Shown: one piece after another, positions 38,660 to 49,760 of the stretch
Layout of the letters: the number at the start of each line of letters is the position of its first letter
How positions within the stretch are numbered: the first letter of the stretch is position 1
Assembly: GCA_051294375.1 (NCBI GenBank)
Contig: CM119264.1
Location: 28,500,696 to 28,564,695 of the forward strand
Source of the DNA: Paraspadella gotoi
Taxonomy: Eukaryota > Animalia > Chaetognatha
Direction: 5' to 3'
DNA length: 64,000 bases
Made by a program: the position numbers and the translations under genes
Notes under the pieces: model-generated
Seen by the model: only the letters and a program-made list of their open reading frames with translations
Database searches by the model: none
What the model was told of the DNA's origin: nothing

Positions 38660-39855
38660 AAAGAAAAACTCGAAGAAAAAAGTTTTTAAGGCCGGACCAG
38701 GTGATAAAAATGATATTCATAGCTTAATGGGTCTATCATCAAAGGAATTGAATGGTGATAGTTCATTAATTTTTTCTTTGCACGGGAAAGTGGCAAAAAA
38801 ATTCCTATCTCTTATTCTAGCGGAAACAAAAAATTTAATTAATTATGAAAAAAAAAATTTTAGTTGACACCTACCTAAATATTTATATAATCCATTATTT
38901 TATTTTTGCATTAGAAATATTTTTTACTAATTCAATTTTTTTTTTTTTTACTGTACAAAGGCATTTAATTTTAGGTTTAAGCTTCATTGAACAAAGGCCT
39001 TTACAAGACTAATATTTTTTTATTTTTATATTTACTTAAAGCAGACAAATCAAACCAAATTCTATTCTTACAGAAACAAAACTGTAATAATTATTTAATT
39101 ATATTCATATTCATCCTTAAATGTATAATTAAACTATATTGATTCCTAATTGTAACAATTAAAAATTTTAGCAAAAGTACAGAATCATTCTTCTTCTTTA
39201 TATATTTATATTACTTCAAAGATTTTATTTTCATCCAATTAACAGAATCATTTGAAAAGAAAGTTTAAATAAATCAGTCGATTACTCTTTAAATTTTGAA
39301 TTCTTTCCATAGTTTTTTTTCTTATAAATTTTTATGATTAAAGCTGAAAATCTTTTTAAAATTAGATCTTTACCCTTTTTTGGAAAAAGAAAATTTTAAA
39401 ACTTGAACAAAGATTTTCTTTTTACCGATTTTTTAAAGAAAATTAAGCTCGTAGATTTTATGAATTTTTAACTACTTCCCAATGATTATAGAAGAAAAAA
39501 TTATATATCAGAACCAGCTTAAGTTAAAGGGTCAAACGTTATGTTTTTCAGCTTTTTACCCCCGTACTTGGTCCCCTTAAATAAACAAATTTCTTGTTAT
39601 CTACGCGAATCTAAAAAAGACGTCGTTATGTAAATTAGTGTTTGGCGGCTTTAACCTACTCTCGTCGCCAGAGAGAAATAGGAAGAAAACATTGCGACGA
39701 CGAAGGAGACGACGACGGAGACGACAATGAAGACGACAATGAAGACGACAGCGAAGATGACAATGAAGACGATAACGAAGACTGTGAACTGCGCTTCGAA
39801 TGAATACAACATAGGTTTCATGTATGTCCAGATGAACAGCTGAACACATTTAAAC
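29446..39855. repeat. Tandem duplication ~5.2 kb (29446-34628 vs 34654-39855) across a 25-N gap
   Basis: Both copies start AGTTATGCTTTATTT and end ...ATTTAAAC; junction gap 34629-34653 is exactly 25 N. Confidence 0.9.
31485..31546. repeat. 31-bp direct repeat x2
   Basis: TGATGTTGATGGTTGATAGCAATCTTGACTT twice; also present in the duplicate copy near 36930-37000. Confidence 0.85.
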
Positions 39856-40625
39856 TTCCTCCGCTTTTCAAAACAAATTCTTATATATTTAAATCTTTAT
39901 CTCACTATTGAAATTAAATAATCCTCAACTACATACATAGTATTCTTTTACTTAGTACGAATAAGATTAAGTTTCTCGGATTAATATTACGGAGATAGTG
40001 GGCGTTGTTTTCCTTGTTTTCCTTGTTGTTGTTGTTGTTGTTGTTTGCAGAGGCACAATAACATCCATTTAATTATCACGACGAAGATAAAGAAGATTTA
40101 GAACGACGAATGGCAAAGATAAAGACGATGTGAGGATGACGACCATAGCGACGACGAGAGCGAAGACGGTGACGACGACGATGGCGACGACAACAATCAC
40201 TATAATTGTGATGATGATGATATCAACAACAGGATGACAATAGTGATGCTAATGACGACAAAATTGACAATAAACTTGACGACTCTGACAATAATGATAT
40301 TGATGAAGAGACAATGACAATGGCAATGTCAAAGTTTGATTATGACTATAAAGATGACTGCGACAATGATACTCGCAATGAGAGAAGCGACAACGATGAC
40401 AACTACGATAGCAATGTCTCTGACGACAACAATAGCGACTATGACTGTAATGACAGTGACGACGATAGCGACGACGAAATCGAGGACCGTGACGACGATA
40501 GCGACGCCGCCCTCCAGATCGACTTCGGTCACGGTTCACGACGTCAGCGCCTCTGGAGATTTTAGGCCGAAGCGAGAAACAGTTGGAGAAAAAAAAAGCG
40601 GGGAGAATTTCCTGCCTTCGGTGGC

Positions 40626-40682
40626 AGGGATCTGCGTCGGCGGAAGGGATCTGCGTCGGCGGAAGGGATCTGCGTCGGTGAA
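40626..40682. repeat. 19-bp tandem repeat x3
   Basis: GGGATCTGCGTCGGCGGAA x3, with a related degenerate copy near 40972-41005. Confidence 0.85.
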
Positions 40683-41620
40683 AATGATTTTTGTCGGCGC
40701 AAGGGCAGAAGAGATTTTCGACGGCAAAAAATATCTACAACATTGAGAGATGAATAAAATAATGGAAGGAAAGGAAAGAAAGATCTTTGTTATTTGACTA
40801 GATCTAGATATATTAATATTACAAAGAAAGGAATCCGAGTCAATGGGAAGTAAATAGTTGATAGAAAAGATATCCGTCTGAAAACATATAATGTCAGGGG
40901 AAAAGATATTTATCATTTAATCCTGCGACAATAAAAAGAAAAAGGCCGTAATGAGATTTGCACCGGAAAAAGGGATCAGCGTCGGCGAAAGATATCTAAG
41001 TCGGCAGATTAGTTCCTGCGTTGTAGTCAACGTCGATATTACGTCGTTTGTTAATTAGAATATATAAATAAGTTTATTTTAAATAAAACTTTTTTTTTTA
41101 ATCGCTTGCGTGTAAAGTATTTATTGAGGATTTTTCGACTCCGAATGATAATCATAATTATGATGTCAAGTCTTGGAAAAACAAACATTTTCTCGGTCCG
41201 CGTCCCGTTCGTACGCGAGCGTGACTTTCCGTCATCCCCGCCATTTTGATTTTCCGCTTTGGTTCCGTCAGTCATCCGGAAAAAAAAACTCGACTCGAAA
41301 TGATTATCCAATATAAAAAGAAAAAGAATTACGAGAAGTGGAAAATGCGCTCCATACGCCATAGGTCAAACACGACATAAAACGCGACGATGAGACGGAC
41401 GACGGCCGAGACGGCGACACGACGACGATGCCGTCTCTCCAAAGGTCACGCGATGGGTCTCTCTCGGCTAGATTCTGAGCCGCTTATCCCGGCGGCCGGA
41501 AATTTCTCGGCATCGATCCCTAGATCGCTACGCGCGGGAAGCAGCCGACGGAAATGGGTTTATGCTTTCGGGTTTCGGGGATGAAAATGTATATGTTTTT
41601 GGCAAAGTAGATCATCTGGA

Positions 41621-41740
<120 letters not shown>

Positions 41741-42787
41741 ATGTCATGGAAGACGGGTTCTCCTGTCGGCACGATTCTACGCCGCGATCATGACGAAATT
41801 AAAATGTTAAGCGGAAGACAGGACTCGATCCCCGCAACGCAATTTGTCAGGCGTTCAGAAGGGAAAGCATATACCCCACCGGGGATTTTTTTCCCTTCTT
41901 TAAGGCAATGGAAGAAAATATATTATAATAATACCTTATATACCATCTTACTCGAAATATACACGCACGAAAAAGCCAAAAGGGGGCACCGGTCGCCAAC
42001 GGTCATCGTAAAAAAACAATGAAAAGGGAAAAAAAAAGAAAATGCGAAGGAAGAAAAATTTCTTTTTAGTAGCGAAGACACGAAAAAGTCATAAACTAAT
42101 TTTTTGACTTTTGACTCCTCGAAATTCTTCTTAAGAAAAAAAAATTAAAATTTTTCTCTTTCTCGAGCTGAGTTAATGAACTTGATCAAGACGGACAATT
42201 TTAAGGGATCTGTTAAGAAACTGGCGAAAGGCTGTAATCGAATGTGAGGCTCTTAAGTCGAACAGATTTCTTACTTATTAATCGAGTAAGAAAAAATGTT
42301 TTTCTGTCTCTCGCGCAAGTTTAATTAGCGAATTCTCCTTAAGTTTGGCGCTTCTTCAAAAAAAAAAAAAAAGAGATTATTTTTTTCCGAAGCGGCACGA
42401 AAAGTACTAACTACTATGATTAAATATCTCACTCTCTCTCTCTCTCTCTCTTGTTCTCTGTAATAGAAAAATAACTTTTGTACAGTACGTTATCGCGTTG
42501 AAAGCTCATATCAGGAGACCACAATCGATTTTTCTAAGACTTCTTGCCAAGATAAAACTGCTGCCAAGGAAATTGACTTTGCGGCGTCATTTGCGAATCG
42601 CCATCTTTGGATTTATCTCTTTTTTTCTTCTCAGTGTCTCTGTCTCTATCTCTCTCTGTCACAGTAGCGACTATGCCATCTTCGTCTCTTTCCGGCCGCG
42701 CCCTCTGCCGCTAAAGAATGAAATCCCGAGGTCTTTATTGTGACATTATTGATGACACGTTATGGTGGAAGGCAGACCCGGATCCGG

Positions 42788-42790
<3 letters not shown>

Positions 42791-42872
<82 letters not shown>
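42791..42872. repeat. (CT)n microsatellite
   Basis: Perfect CT run. Confidence 0.95.
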
Positions 42873-42875
<3 letters not shown>

Positions 42876-43435
42876 CTATTTCCCTCGGATCCTCCCTTTC
42901 TTTGCCCCCTTCCTTTCTCTCTCTCTCTCCCTCTCTCTCCCTCGATGGAGATCATGATACAACTGGCCCCATCTTTTGGTCCGAAATATGACCACCGCCA
43001 TGAAAATTTTATCAAGCGGGTCGCCGATTCCTTCGGATATATGGAGGTTTTTACAGCGGCCATGAAAAATACGAAAATGAGGAGAAAGCCTCTTTATTTA
43101 CGAAGGAAAAAAAATATAGACAAACCAGATTATAAAACGTCGTATAAAAATAGAGAAAAAGGTTTGGATCGGAAAACGGAGTTTGTTAAAAGATTAGTTG
43201 TTTTTTTCGTTTTTTTCGTTTATTTATTTTAATATCAGTTTTCCTACTTTCTATTGAATTTGAATTTTTAGTTATATTAAAAATTTAATTTTTAAAAGCA
43301 TCGCAGTTCCCCAGTTTTTTCTTTTCTGGTTCATGCTTTGTCGAATAACCGCTCAGTCCTCACAAGTTTTGGCTCCTCGTCAAAGAATCCGCGCGGTCGC
43401 CACCGCGCCTCGGAGACGTTTTCCCTCGGCGCTCA

Positions 43436-43476
43436 CTGATTGGTTCAATTCTATAGCGCGAGCTTCGACCAATCAG
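43436..43476. promoter_or_regulatory. Paired inverted CCAAT boxes (NF-Y-type promoter element)
   Basis: CTGATTGGTT (43436-43445) and GACCAATCAG (43467-43476), about 31 bp apart in a CpG-rich patch ~280 bp upstream of the first gene of the cluster. Confidence 0.5.
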
Positions 43477-43755
43477 AAGTCGGCACGCAATTTGCGTATT
43501 TCTTTATTACGTGATCGAATGCGATTCTTAGCTAACGTGTTTTAATGTAGTTCTAACTTGTACTTTTATTCACTACCATTGAATCATTAAAATTGATTAA
43601 AGAAGAAAAAAAAGAATGAGGCTGTAAAAAATAGGCAAAGTGATCCTTTTACGATTTTAGGTGATTTCCTTCGATAGAAAACCAACGCGCTTGGTTTACG
43701 AGAGTCTTAAGATTTATCCTCAGACAATTTATGATTTTTTAAATAATTCCGTGAG

Positions 43756-44427
43756 ATGGCCGATGCGGAAGAGAGTTACTACGCCGACGAGGATGATTAC
43801 GAGGTGCGATTATCGTTAGGATCGCTTACGTTTTTTTTTGGACGCGTCACCCAAGCGAACTCCATTTGGACCTAAACATTAACGCAGGAAGAATACGAAG
43901 AAGACTACGGAGAATACGACGACTACGAGGACTACGAAGAGGAGGAGGAGGAAGAGCCGTGGGAGGAAGAGGAGGAATTTTGGGAGGAGCCCGCCATGGT
44001 GGAGGACTGGGGGGAACCTATGGAGGGTATGTATCGCTGCAGCATTTATTTATCATTAAAAATAACTGCACGTTAAAACTTAACACTACACAGCTGACGT
44101 GGCGCCTCAGGACGATTGGGTGGAACCCGCAGCGCCAGGTGATATTCGTCGCGAGATGACGCTCGATTTCCCATCCCCAATTTTTTTGACAAAGCGACGA
44201 TCGTCCCGGATTTAGTTGCGACGATTCGATCTTCGCCGAAAACGAGACGCGTCTCCACAGGAGGCGTGCCGCAAGACACTTCCGGTTGGCTGGACCCGTT
44301 CGATCTCGACAATGTCGCCACCTGGTGCATCGGCGCCACCATCTTTTTCGTCGGTTTCCACATCTACCACGGAGGATTCGCGCCCAGGACTGACGAGTGG
44401 TGGACGGCGAGCGACGTCTTTATTTAG
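43756..44427 (+). CDS. Orphan ~132-aa highly acidic protein with one C-terminal hydrophobic helix (4 exons)
   Basis: Exons 43756-43803, 43888-44026, 44094-44138 and 44261-44427 join in phase through GT-AG introns (399 nt): MADAEESYYADEDDYEEEYEEDYGEYDDYEDYEEEEEEEPWEEEEEFWEEPAMVEDWGEPMEADVAPQDDWVEPAAPGGVPQDTSGWLDPFDLDNVATWCIGATIFFVGFHIYHGGFAPRTDEWWTASDVFI*. It is absent from the ORF track because it is spliced. Confidence 0.65.
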
Positions 44428-45343
44428 GATTCGTCAAGATCCACGAACGAATTCTTAACGATTAAGATAATATTTTTGAAAATACAGATTCAGTTACATA
44501 TCTGGTATTTCTTGTATGAAATGATGCAGGGATTAAAATATTAATCGTTGCCAAAACGTGTTTACCTAGAAATCTCATATGCTATTCCGTTTTAAAGCGG
44601 AGTTGGAGTGACAATAATATGAATATCCAAGAGCTGCCATCTCACTACAAACTTGCAAAGTGTTTTGTCCCTCTGGCTAATATTTTATCAAGAACATTTT
44701 CAAATTCAGTTTTATAAGTAATATATATAAGTATAATATATATGTAATATAACTCATTATTTATTATTTATTAAATTATTAAATTATTATTTATTAAATG
44801 AATGGATAATTTTTATATTGGTTGTACCAATTTCATAACTCATTTTATTTTCATCTGCGGCGAAGGTTAAATCGTTTATTTGTTCTTTTACTTTATTAAA
44901 ATCTTTCAGGTTCCACTTTGTCTGACATCTGCCGTCATTGACTGAAACGAATTTCGACAAAAGAACATCAGTACTAAAAAGTAGGCGTATTATGGCGGCG
45001 AGAAAGAAAATTATGTAAACATGTATTTTAAATAATTAATTAGTTTAACTAAATAACTGGCGGTTTGTTTTAAAACTACTGTGCTTTTCATGTGGATTAT
45101 TTGGCTTCGTTGACAATGGAGTTTTAGTATGAAATAAAATGACAGGAAACGCTGTAATGTCACTTTCTAGTACCCGAAAACCGCCCCATGTCCTTCGACT
45201 TGTTCCTTTCTTTAAAAAAAATAAAATATTTCTTTCCTGTAAATTTTCTGTTTAGATAAATTGATAAAAAAATGTTCGGACTTTTTCAAACCTTCCTACG
45301 AACTAACTAGTTTGTTCCTGGTTTAAATTCAAAAGCCTTGGCA

Positions 45344-47647
45344 ATGGCGGCGGAAATCCCCAAGTTCGTCCACGACATCCCCTACAACCACCTGACGATC
45401 CTGGAGGTCGTGGGCCGCGGCGCCTTCGGAACCGTCTACAAGGCCTTGTACGACGAAACCCTCGTCGCCGTCAAGGTCATCGAGAGCGAGAACGAAGTCA
45501 AGGCCTTCCTCACCGAAGTTCGTCAACTCTCGCGGGTGAGTCATCCCAACATCGTCGAACTCTACGGTGCCTGCAAGGAACGCCCCGTCTGCCTCATCAT
45601 GGAATTCGCCGAGGGTGGCTCCCTCTACAACGTCCTTCATGGATCCGAACCTCGCCCCATCTACACTTCGGCCAACGCCATCAGCTGGTGTCACCAGTGC
45701 GCCAGCGGCGTGGCCTATCTCCACGGCATGAAGCCCAAGGCCCTGATCCATCGCGACCTCAAACCGCCGAACCTGCTGCTCATCGCGGGCGGCACGGTGC
45801 TCAAGATCTGCGACTTCGGGACGGCCTGCGACATTCAGACCTACATGACCAATAACAAAGGCAGCGCCGCCTGGATGGCGCCCGAAGTCTTCGAAGGCTC
45901 AAAATACTCGGAAAAGTGCGACGTCTTTAGTTGGGGCATCATTTTGTGGGAAGTCTTGACGAGACAGAAACCCTTCGACGAGATCGGCGGCCCAGCCTTT
46001 CGCATCATGTGGGCGGTGCACAATGGCACCCGACCTCCGCCAATCCGCGGGTGTCCGAAGCCATTGGAGATTCTAATGACGCGATGCTGGGCCCGGGACG
46101 CCGACAAGCGGCCGTCGATGGAAGAGGTCGTCAACATCATGTCGCATCTCATGCAATTCTTCCCTGGAGCCGAAGAACCAATCGTTTATCCGTCGGACGT
46201 GGACACAATCGACGAAGCTTTGGGTCAAGTCAACGTCGCCGGCGGCGGGAACTCGCCGAGCACAATGTCCACAACCTTACAGATCGCGGGAGGCTGCAGG
46301 ATGCCGTCAACTGGGGGTAGCACCAGCGGCATGACGGCTTCGGAACAAGGAACTATTAAAACGAAGCTGCTACACGGGGAACCCGTCGTCGTCAACGTGA
46401 TGCCACAACGCCGTCAAACTCCCGTTGTCATGGAGACTGATAGAGGCGCCATGGTGCCATCGGCGCCGGCCTCTTTGGCAAACTCCCGCGAGAATCTCTT
46501 TGGTGGCGGCGTCGGTGCCGCCGCTGCTCACGCCGCCGCAGCCGCTGCATCGCGATCCTCGACGCCGATCGAACTGAAGCGCCGCTCGGCCGACTTAACG
46601 ATGCTCAGGGAACTGGAACGCCTCGCCGAAGGAAAGCATTGGCAGGGAGGCGGCGGCGTTGCCGCTAACAACGGTGCCAATCACGGCATCGAGACCGGGC
46701 GCTACCCGGTCCATCAGGCCGTGTCGGCGCCGAACTTGAGAGGACTCTTGTCGTCGGAAACTTTGAACATCCTCGTGGGAAAAAAACCATTGACGCCGGA
46801 GCGGGCGCCAGCTCAAAGTCACCAATATTCGATGCATCAACAAAACATGCAGCCGCCGCCTTTGCCGCCCAAACCTTCCACGCCCATCGCTTCGCCACTA
46901 CGAGAATCGATGGGCGGAATCTTCTGCGTTGGCGGCGGCCCGCCGATTTTCGGGACGACGTCGCACCGACCTTCCAAAGTGTCGTCCGCTCAACCCAATC
47001 AGCCCGCCTCTCGCCTCAATCCCACCAGCCCATCTTCCGTTCCCAGTCGACAGTACCCCACTTCTCTCCCGCTCTCCAACGTCAACCGCGTCTCCAATTC
47101 TCCCGCCAACGGCAAAATCGTGTCCCCGCCGAGTCACGGTTCTCCTTCGAGCAACTTTCCGGTCCAAGCTTCCTCCTCAAAGAGCGGCACGCCCACCTCG
47201 CCCGAATACCCGCGTCAAGAGTTCACCTTTCCCACTCTCGACCATCAACTGCGCCCTCTTCAGCCCGCCGCCGAATCCGCCGAATCCATGGACATTTTTC
47301 GCCGCCACTGTCAGATGGCGCAGGAGTATCTCCGCGTTCAGTCGGAAATGCAGAATCTTCACAAGCGGAAGAACGAGATTCGCGAGGAACTGGAGAAGGA
47401 GAACAGAGACAAGGAGGAGAACAGCAAAAACGTGGAAGAATTCAAAAAGCTCACCTCGGAAAACGAGAGTCTTTTGATGTGGAAGAACAATTTGTTAAAA
47501 AAGTTGGAGGAGATCAAAAGGCAAAAACAAAGAGATTTCCGGCCGGCCGAGCGTCAGCCTGCGTCGCTGCCGCAGCAGTCGCAACAGCCCGCGCAGCAAC
47601 CGACGAGAAGTTTCTCCGAGTCTGGAAAGCCGCCTTCCGCATTGTGA
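45344..47647 (+). CDS. MAP3K7: TGF-beta-activated kinase 1 (MAP3K7), single coding exon, 767 aa
   Basis: Kinase domain with TAK1 signatures VVGRGAFG, HRDLKPPNLLL, KICDFGTACDIQTYMTNNKGSAAWMAPEVFEGS and FDEIGGPAFRIMWAVHNGTRPP. C-terminal TAB2/3-binding coiled coil TLDHQLRPL...HCQMAQEYLRVQSE. First ATG at 45344. Confidence 0.97.
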   Translation: MAAEIPKFVHDIPYNHLTILEVVGRGAFGTVYKALYDETLVAVKVIESENEVKAFLTEVRQLSRVSHPNIVELYGACKERPVCLIMEFAEGGSLYNVLHGSEPRPIYTSANAISWCHQCASGVAYLHGMKPKALIHRDLKPPNLLLIAGGTVLKICDFGTACDIQTYMTNNKGSAAWMAPEVFEGSKYSEKCDVFSWGIILWEVLTRQKPFDEIGGPAFRIMWAVHNGTRPPPIRGCPKPLEILMTRCWARDADKRPSMEEVVNIMSHLMQFFPGAEEPIVYPSDVDTIDEALGQVNVAGGGNSPSTMSTTLQIAGGCRMPSTGGSTSGMTASEQGTIKTKLLHGEPVVVNVMPQRRQTPVVMETDRGAMVPSAPASLANSRENLFGGGVGAAAAHAAAAAASRSSTPIELKRRSADLTMLRELERLAEGKHWQGGGGVAANNGANHGIETGRYPVHQAVSAPNLRGLLSSETLNILVGKKPLTPERAPAQSHQYSMHQQNMQPPPLPPKPSTPIASPLRESMGGIFCVGGGPPIFGTTSHRPSKVSSAQPNQPASRLNPTSPSSVPSRQYPTSLPLSNVNRVSNSPANGKIVSPPSHGSPSSNFPVQASSSKSGTPTSPEYPRQEFTFPTLDHQLRPLQPAAESAESMDIFRRHCQMAQEYLRVQSEMQNLHKRKNEIREELEKENRDKEENSKNVEEFKKLTSENESLLMWKNNLLKKLEEIKRQKQRDFRPAERQPASLPQQSQQPAQQPTRSFSESGKPPSAL

Positions 47648-48428
47648 TATTTTTGTTTATTTTCGAGAGCGAATTGCCGTGTTGATGGCGCGTTGTGAGG
47701 TTTGGAGTTCACGCTAATTTAACCCACCCTACTGCAAGTTTGTTGCACTGACTTTGTGGCACCGTCGAATTGTTTGTTGTTGTTTCTGTCCCGGCAAAAT
47801 TATTTTTGACGGCGATTCTTTTTTTTTTCCAAACGAATCGACATTTTCATCGTTGTTATTTTTCTTTTTCTAAAGAAGTTTTATTGACAAGTCAATAAGA
47901 AAAGATGCTAAGTCTAATCATAAAATGATAATTAGAAAGAGACAAAAGAAATCGTTGGACAACAGAGAGAGAGAGAAAGAAAGAAAGAAAAAAAAAACAA
48001 TGTCATTGACAATGACATTGTTTTTTTTCTTGACTCAATGACTCATTGTTTTCTCGCGATTTCGTTGATCGAGTGATGGTAGCGTGAAACTGTCATTTAT
48101 GAAAGAAATTTATAGGCTGAAAGGATCTGCATATATCTCTTAAACTTTTACCTGGGTTGAAATTAAAGCGTTGAATAGATTTGCTATTTATTAAAAAAAA
48201 CCTAAGATTATCAATATGGCCATTAAATTGATTAATACTAATATTTCCCGTGATTTCTTTGTCTCGGTTTAGAAATGACCAGAAAAATGTTCACATGTTG
48301 CATTCACCATGAAATTCATTTGCCATTAAGATATTTCAGAGTGTTAGTATTATGCGACGAAAATAAAACTAGGATCAGAATCTCACGACCCCTTTTCATT
48401 CTCTCTAACTTTGTCAAAAACTTTAACC

Positions 48429-49700
48429 ATGCGAATAAAGTGCAGCGTCGACGTACACAACCGCGCATGCGCCGTGGCCGGGGTCGCGACCGTTTGCAAG
48501 CCGACTCACGCGCAAGTCAGCATCGGCAAAAAACCCGGAAGCGATCAAGAGCTTTTCCTCATGATCGCCACGACGAAGGATCTCAATGGAAGAAAATTCG
48601 TCCTCAAAGAAAACGTTTCCCGCGTCTTCGTAAAATTCGTTGAGGACGGCAAAGCGACGATTCAATTGAAGGAACCCACTTTCGATCTCCGCATCTCTAA
48701 GGCCGATCCCTCTAAACTCAAGCTCTTTCTTAATGCCTTGAAGCTGGCCCATGAGGGTCGCCCGCTGGACAAGGAAAACATTTCCATGCTGGCGCCGGCG
48801 TCTACAAAGTCCGTGGAAAAACCGACGGAGAAACTCTGCGTTCGACATCGGAAAGATTATCCCGTCACGCGGGGGTTTCCTTCTTCGTTGACGACTCTCG
48901 AGATTCAAGGCTGCAAATTGACTCGAGTCGATCGTCGAATCCTCGAACTAAAACATTTGCGCTTCCTCGATCTCAGCGACAACGCCCTCAAGCAATTGCC
49001 TCCCGATTGCGGTCAGTTGACGCAATTGCGCGAATTGCGTCTGGAGCGGAATCAGCTCAGCGAATTCCCGGCCGGCCTTTGTCAAGGACCTTGGATAAAA
49101 TGTCTTAAAGTGTTGAACCTCACCGGGAATCGCCTCGAAGGATGCTCACTGCCGCTTCAATTCGGCGAGTTGGTCAACCTCGTCAATTTGGTCGTCGACG
49201 ACAACAGTTTGACGGCTCTACCGCCGACGGTCGGTAATCTCTCTCTCTTGCGGCGTCTCTCCGTCGCCAAGAACAAACTCAAAATGTTGCCGGCGTCCTT
49301 TTTGAGACTTCGCCTTGAGAACCTAGACATTTCGGACAATGAGTTTGTCGACCTCTCCCTCGTGCGACGAACTGGTGAACCCCCTGCTTCTCGAACCGTT
49401 CCGAATCTTTTGGAGATTTGTGGCAACGCCATCCTTCAAAAGGGAATTCCTTTTAATCCAGAAATCATTCCCCGAAATCTCTGCTGGTATCTTCAATACT
49501 TTTCGAAACGGTGCTTCTGCGGCCAGTTCTGTTTCGAATCTTCCCTCCGTGCCACAGCCCCCTTGGATCCCCACTTTGTTGCCAACACGTGTTCCAACAC
49601 AACCGATCGAAATGCCGGTCGCATCCCCGTCTTGGCCTTTTTATGTTCTTCACGATGTTACGAAAAATTTTATAAAAATCCAATGGTATTTTCCATTTGA
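48429..49700 (+). CDS. LRR1: Leucine-rich repeat protein 1 (CRL2 substrate receptor), single coding exon, 423 aa
   Basis: N-terminal PH-like segment LKENVSRVFVKFVEDGKATIQLKEP, KDYPVTRGFPSSL, LRR repeats, VHL/BC-box VPNLLEICGNAIL and C-terminal CFCGQFC...FLCSSRC; colinear with recalled vertebrate LRR1. ATG at 48429. Confidence 0.93.
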   Translation: MRIKCSVDVHNRACAVAGVATVCKPTHAQVSIGKKPGSDQELFLMIATTKDLNGRKFVLKENVSRVFVKFVEDGKATIQLKEPTFDLRISKADPSKLKLFLNALKLAHEGRPLDKENISMLAPASTKSVEKPTEKLCVRHRKDYPVTRGFPSSLTTLEIQGCKLTRVDRRILELKHLRFLDLSDNALKQLPPDCGQLTQLRELRLERNQLSEFPAGLCQGPWIKCLKVLNLTGNRLEGCSLPLQFGELVNLVNLVVDDNSLTALPPTVGNLSLLRRLSVAKNKLKMLPASFLRLRLENLDISDNEFVDLSLVRRTGEPPASRTVPNLLEICGNAILQKGIPFNPEIIPRNLCWYLQYFSKRCFCGQFCFESSLRATAPLDPHFVANTCSNTTDRNAGRIPVLAFLCSSRCYEKFYKNPMVFSI

Positions 49701-49760
49701 ATCTTGTTGAATTTAATTTTCGAATTTTATTACTTTTAAGACTTTCACCCGACGATAATC

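Noticed and set aside
39568-39590. TTGGTCCCCTT resembling the 5' end of miR-133
   Set aside because: The match ends after 11 nt, the duplicate copy differs and no hairpin partner was seen.
40075-40520. Asp-rich ORF including DYKDD (FLAG-like or biomineralisation-like)
   Set aside because: Degenerate GAC/GAT/AAC simple repeat with interspersed stops and no signal peptide or clear splice structure; the DYKDD match is chance.
45344-49700. Functional NF-kB module of TAK1 plus LRR1
   Set aside because: Adjacency alone is not evidence in such a dense region, and the best-established LRR1 role is CRL2-mediated replisome disassembly.
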